Origin: a virus
Lineage: Duplodnaviria; Caudoviricetes
Reading direction: 5' to 3' (one strand)
Length of the DNA: 28,965 nucleotides
Virus record (IMG/VR): IMGVR_UViG_3300032330_001197
Location: 1 to 28,965 of that record
The notes below the pieces were generated by a model. It searched no databases. It saw nothing but the letters and a program-made list of their open reading frames with translations, and had not been told where the DNA came from. The position numbers and the translations under genes were made by a program. Shown here one piece after another: positions 25,779-28,965 of this stretch (within the stretch, counting starts at the first letter, position 1; the number at the start of each line of letters is the position of its first letter).

Positions 25779-26466
25779 ATCTATATTTTTCTAAATCGTA
25801 TGGGGTACCTATAGGATGAAATTCACTCTCAGATACTTTATATGTTCCTATCTTTAACTCATCAACCAAGTAGTTATAGGTTGCCGAAACATAGAATTCA
25901 TTGTTAGTAGTAGTGTTTGATTCTATTAGTTTAGTAGCACTATCAACAAAATAATTACCGTGCTTCCAATAGTGTATACCGGTTAATGCAGTATTACTGA
26001 TTACATTTTTTTCAGCAAACTCTTTAGCAAAACCATTTTCTAGTCTTACGTAGCTGTGCTTTATATCACGACTTTCAAATACTACCACTGCACCATCATA
26101 ATTACGCATATAAGACAATGCAGAATAACTATCCCAATTCATTATTTGATCACAATTAGCAATAACTAACTCATCATCATTGTTAATAAATTCTTTAAGT
26201 AACAATGCAGAACATGCTGCTCCCTTTGTAGTTTCCTTTATTGTAATGATGTTAGGATTATTGCAAACAGACACTATTGCTTTAATTGTCTCGGATAAGT
26301 ATTCATTATCTTTAACTACAAAATGGTACCGGCCCATAATTCCTAGGCTTTCAATTGCTCTAGTAATCATGGGCACCTTATTGACAGGTATCAATGGTTT
26401 AGGAAGTTTGTATACTTCCTTAAACCTGCTTCCTTCTCCTGCTAATGGAATTACTACATTAATCAT
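25756..26466 (-). CDS. sugar-phosphate nucleotidyltransferase (GT-A fold)
   Basis: IPLAGEGSRF...PKPLI, T.GAA, NCDQ, EK, NEFY, GTP.DL. Confidence 0.88.
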   Translation of the reverse strand: MINVVIPLAGEGSRFKEVYKLPKPLIPVNKVPMITRAIESLGIMGRYHFVVKDNEYLSETIKAIVSVCNNPNIITIKETTKGAACSALLLKEFINNDDELVIANCDQIMNWDSYSALSYMRNYDGAVVVFESRDIKHSYVRLENGFAKEFAEKNVISNTALTGIHYWKHGNYFVDSATKLIESNTTTNNEFYVSATYNYLVDELKIGTYKVSESEFHPIGTPYDLEKYRYDTWKII

Positions 26467-26681
26467 CGTACCTGTTTAAGATATTCACGACCGACTAGTC
26501 CTTTTTCAATTTCCATCAATGCAGTAACTGTGGGACCTGCCTTAGTAGGTTTGTCTAGTTTAGATTTATGACCACGCTTAAGTTCACGCACCCTTGCCGA
26601 TGCGATTAGAACCATTTCAAAACGATTACCGATCATCTCTACAGCCTCTTGGCTAGTGTATCTTGCTCTGCTCTCAGTCAT
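26463..26681 (-). CDS. rpoZ: RNA polymerase omega subunit homologue
   Basis: AR.T.QEAVE.IGNRF.MVL.A..R.R.L...TV.AL.EIE.G; AGGAG RBS. Confidence 0.9.
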   Translation of the reverse strand: MTESRARYTSQEAVEMIGNRFEMVLIASARVRELKRGHKSKLDKPTKAGPTVTALMEIEKGLVGREYLKQVR

Positions 26682-26706
26682 ACTATCTCCTGTGGTTGAA
26701 AATCTT

Positions 26707-26782
26707 TGGAGCGGGTAATCGGGTTCGAACCGATGACCTTTTGCTTGGCAAGCAAATGTACTACCAACTGTACTATACCCGC
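26707..26782 (-). tRNA. tRNA-Gly(GCC)
   Basis: Cloverleaf; TTTGC-TTGCCAA-GCAAA; GGTTCGAA; encoded CCA; U73. Confidence 0.95.
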
Positions 26783-26791
26783 ATACTAACC

Positions 26792-26865
26792 TGGTACCTC
26801 GTTGGAGAATTGAACTCCCGTATCCACCGTGTAAGGATGGCGTTCTACCATTAAACTACCGAGGC
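26792..26865 (-). tRNA. tRNA-Val(TAC), with two G.A mismatches
   Basis: CCATC-CTTACAC-GGTGG; GTTCAATT; encoded CCA. Confidence 0.85.
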
Positions 26866-26873
26866 AAAAATTC

Positions 26874-27143
26874 TTATCCTGTTCGTTGAATCAAATGATA
26901 ACCGAATTGTGTTTGTACAGGGCCACTAACTTGACCAACATCAATACCAAACGCAACATCTTCAAAAGGCTTTACCATTTGTCCACGACCAAACATTCCT
27001 AAATCTCCACCATTCTGTCCACTTGGACACTTGCTGTGAATCTTTGCCAATGCGCTAAAATCTTCGCCCATTGCAATCTTTTCTTTCAATGTTACCGCTT
27101 CGTTCAAGGATTGAACTAAAATATGTTTTGCTCTTACTTGCAT
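26874..27143 (-). CDS. ppiC: parvulin-type peptidyl-prolyl cis-trans isomerase
   Basis: HILV, HS.CPSG..GGDLG.F..GQMV.PFE..AF, PV.TQFGYHLI. Confidence 0.93.
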   Translation of the reverse strand: MQVRAKHILVQSLNEAVTLKEKIAMGEDFSALAKIHSKCPSGQNGGDLGMFGRGQMVKPFEDVAFGIDVGQVSGPVQTQFGYHLIQRTG

Positions 27144-27322
27144 TCTTTATCTCCTTCTATCTGTCTATTATACAACGTTTTTGTTATATAGTCAAATGCT
27201 TCTTGCTCATTACGGGCATCCTCAATCTCTCTTGGGTCAGGCTTGCGAAATATCTTATCAAAGCTATTTGCAAATTCTTCCTGACTAACACTATATGGTC
27301 TTGGTCTACTACCTTTACTCAT
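27134..27322 (-). CDS. small hypothetical phage protein (MSKGSRPRP)
   Basis: Abuts upstream stop; overlaps the ppiC start. Confidence 0.65.
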   Translation of the reverse strand: MSKGSRPRPYSVSQEEFANSFDKIFRKPDPREIEDARNEQEAFDYITKTLYNRQIEGDKECK

Positions 27323-27907
27323 TTATTTTCTTCCTATTATCATAAATCTATTATACCCATAGTTTGGATATTCAAATGGTTTTGTTCCTACGTATAGATA
27401 TTCACTAACAGTGAATCTATTGAGAAATACTGCTAAATCACTATTAGGTTGATTTTGCTGCCAAGTGTCTACTGATTCTATAACATCCTTGTGTTTTATA
27501 TCGCTTGATTGAATACATACTAATGTACCTATGGGCAATTTGTTAAACCACTCAGTGGAGTTAAAATGCTCTACACTACAGTTAATAACTATATCCGTTT
27601 CACTATTCAGTTGCAATTCATATTCATTAGAATCTGCACAGGTATTTATAATGTGACTGTTAGTATATAATTGATTAATCCATGTATCACAAATTTTATC
27701 TGCAATTTCAATAACTTCACTGTTAATATCTATATTATGAATTCTCTTAAAAAAATTAGGTTTACGTACTGAGAACATGAATCCTAACACATTGTGCCAA
27801 CCGCCCAAAATGTAAAGGTTATCATTTAGTTTACAATATTTTTCCAATTCTTCGCACAGCCAAATCTTACTAGTAATTTGTCCGTGTGAGAAAGAAAGAA
27901 AATCCAT
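27323..27907 (-). CDS. class I SAM methyltransferase-like protein
   Basis: SK.WL, ILGGW, IDI, INCS.EH, RFMIIG. Confidence 0.65.
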   Translation of the reverse strand: MDFLSFSHGQITSKIWLCEELEKYCKLNDNLYILGGWHNVLGFMFSVRKPNFFKRIHNIDINSEVIEIADKICDTWINQLYTNSHIINTCADSNEYELQLNSETDIVINCSVEHFNSTEWFNKLPIGTLVCIQSSDIKHKDVIESVDTWQQNQPNSDLAVFLNRFTVSEYLYVGTKPFEYPNYGYNRFMIIGRK

Positions 27908-27912
27908 ACGTT

Positions 27913-27946
27913 TATTTATTACGCAAAATATAGAGGTTAATAAATA
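27913..27946. promoter_or_regulatory. back-to-back ATAAATA boxes for divergent genes
   Basis: ATAAATA on - (27919-27913), 5 nt before ATG 27907; ATAAATA on + (27940-27946), 4 nt before ATG 27951. Confidence 0.55.
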
Positions 27947-27950
27947 CTCA

Positions 27951-28427
27951 ATGATACACTCTGGTCACATTGATTTTGACAACGAATCATTAAAACAACG
28001 TTGCATTCGTGCATGGGACGCATTACCATACGACGGTGATCGTAAATCTAAAGGTGTCATAGAGAAACTTTCTACTAAGTATGATCCATTCTATAATCCA
28101 CATACATGGGAAGAATTCAAGCCTGTATTAGATGTAATCAGGAGATTTACTGATAGTGAAATCAAGTATAGCTTTATGCATCTTATTAATAGGGGTGCAT
28201 TACAAAATACGCATATGCATCCAGATGCTAAACATTCAGTGTTTGTCTACTACCCCAATCAATTAGAAGAACATCCCCCAATTGAATTTTGCATAGATGG
28301 TGTATGGGTACCTTATAAAAGATACACGGGGGATTGGTTGTATTTCCCAAGAACGATGTTACATCGTGTTGACGGCAGAAATATGACTTGGGATGAAAGT
28401 CGTATTGTTATCAGCGTCACTATATAA
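27951..28427 (+). CDS. 2OG-Fe(II) oxygenase-like protein
   Basis: HMH...VYY...GD.LYFP....HRV......RIVIS. Confidence 0.7.
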   Translation: MIHSGHIDFDNESLKQRCIRAWDALPYDGDRKSKGVIEKLSTKYDPFYNPHTWEEFKPVLDVIRRFTDSEIKYSFMHLINRGALQNTHMHPDAKHSVFVYYPNQLEEHPPIEFCIDGVWVPYKRYTGDWLYFPRTMLHRVDGRNMTWDESRIVISVTI

Positions 28428-28430
28428 TTA

Positions 28431-28565
28431 GTGGGGGTCATTCTTGAGGTTTCCCCTTGAAGTAGATTACTACTCACCTGTTACATTGCAGTTTGATACT
28501 GTTACTTGCCCTAAGGGTTAGCTAGCTACCTTAGCGACTCATACTGGATAATGTAACTTATCCGC
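28431..28565 (-). ncRNA. candidate structured ncRNA downstream of tRNA-Pro
   Basis: Five hairpins and loop-distal complementarity GTTACA/TGTAAC; G.U pairs and a GAAA loop favour the - strand. Confidence 0.5.
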
Positions 28566-28571
28566 TGTTCT

Positions 28572-28647
28572 TGGTCTCCATACGAGGATTTGAACCTCGG
28601 CTTCTTGGTCCCAAACCAAGTGCGCTACCAGGCTACGCAATACGGAG
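28572..28647 (-). tRNA. tRNA-Pro(TGG)
   Basis: CTTGG-TTTGGGA-CCAAG; GGTTCAAATCC; encoded CCA. Confidence 0.95.
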
Positions 28648-28648
28648 T

Positions 28649-28891
28649 TTATTCTTTACTCTTTCTCAACTTCATCCCAACAAGTGTACCAAAGAAGGCA
28701 CCAAACGCTGCTGGAATTAATAACATATGATTAGTAGTATACTCTATAACTGCTGAACAAGCAACTAAAAATACTAAAACTGACCAGCAACTTGCCCTAA
28801 TTACTTTATCTTCATTTACCGCTTTTAAGTAATATGTATAAAAGATATCAGTAAAAAAGATAGCAAAGAAGGTATAGATATAATCAATCAT
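28649..28891 (-). CDS. small membrane protein between tRNAs
   Basis: Three hydrophobic segments; start reassigned to ATG 28891 because the track start lies inside a tRNA. Confidence 0.7.
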   Translation of the reverse strand: MIDYIYTFFAIFFTDIFYTYYLKAVNEDKVIRASCWSVLVFLVACSAVIEYTTNHMLLIPAAFGAFFGTLVGMKLRKSKE

Positions 28892-28900
28892 ATGTGTTAT

Positions 28901-28965
28901 TGGATGCGGAGGATGGATTTGAACCAACGATCTCTAGCTTATGAGACTAGTGGGGACGACCAGAC
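28901..28965 (-). tRNA. tRNA with CAT anticodon (Met-type), 5' end beyond the window
   Basis: CTAGT-CTCATAA-GCTAG; GGTTCAAATCC; ...CCGCA-T-CCA end. Confidence 0.88.

Noticed and set aside
26463-27143. rpoZ/ppiC as evidence of a bacterial chromosome
   Set aside because: No gmk or spoT context; surrounded by phage-type small ORFs, fibre genes and phage-style promoters
7440-27397. Plus-strand ORFs in the track (e.g. 9049, 10049, 13275, 14083, 15559, 20339, 21722, 26180, 27071)
   Set aside because: Antisense shadows of well-supported minus-strand genes, with no RBS or motifs; 26663-26854 is antisense to tRNAs
28431-28570. Assignment as hammerhead, pistol, HDV/theta ribozyme, tmRNA or RNase P
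   Set aside because: No CUGAUGA/GAAA core in the right arrangement, pistol conserved residues absent, no HDV nested topology found, and too short for tmRNA or RNase P; left unassigned
1-28965. Stop-codon reassignment as in some large phages
   Set aside because: Genes are intact under code 11; TAA, TAG and TGA all end ORFs; no suppressor tRNA seen
28901-28965. Firm call of initiator versus elongator Met versus Ile2 for the CAU tRNA
   Set aside because: The 5' end is outside the window; the 3' acceptor looks fMet-like but the three G-C anticodon-stem pairs are missing

Overview
AT-rich segment of a large (T4-like or jumbo-type) dsDNA bacteriophage genome in the standard genetic code. 1-6552 (+): end of a structural/virion-modification block with a 5'-truncated fibre-like gene, a papain-like C1A protease, two proteins sharing an N-terminal IGPGI tag (one LamG-like), two GT-B glycosyltransferases and a methyltransferase. 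It ends at a bidirectional terminator. 6578-28965 (almost all -): an accessory region of small ORFs driven by about 12 near-consensus sigma70 promoters that share spacer sequence, plus many TAAATA (late-type) boxes. It holds a PD-(D/E)xK nuclease + amino-methyltransferase pair, a modular 'MNER...EKFAELIVREC...FGVEE' gene family, GIY-YIG and Toprim genes, phosphatases, a six-gene sugar-phosphate operon, phage rpoZ and parvulin, and four tRNAs (Gly, Val, Pro, partial CAU). Best novelty candidates: (1) a DUF2828/TROVE-like vWA gene whose ~220-nt leader carries two covarying, end-paired RNA modules with shared CAGCAA and CUUGAAA (anticodon-loop-like) motifs, reminiscent of Ro60/Y RNA; (2) a ~135-nt potentially pseudoknotted ncRNA just 3' of tRNA-Pro. 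All calls come from motif recognition by eye; no searches were run.
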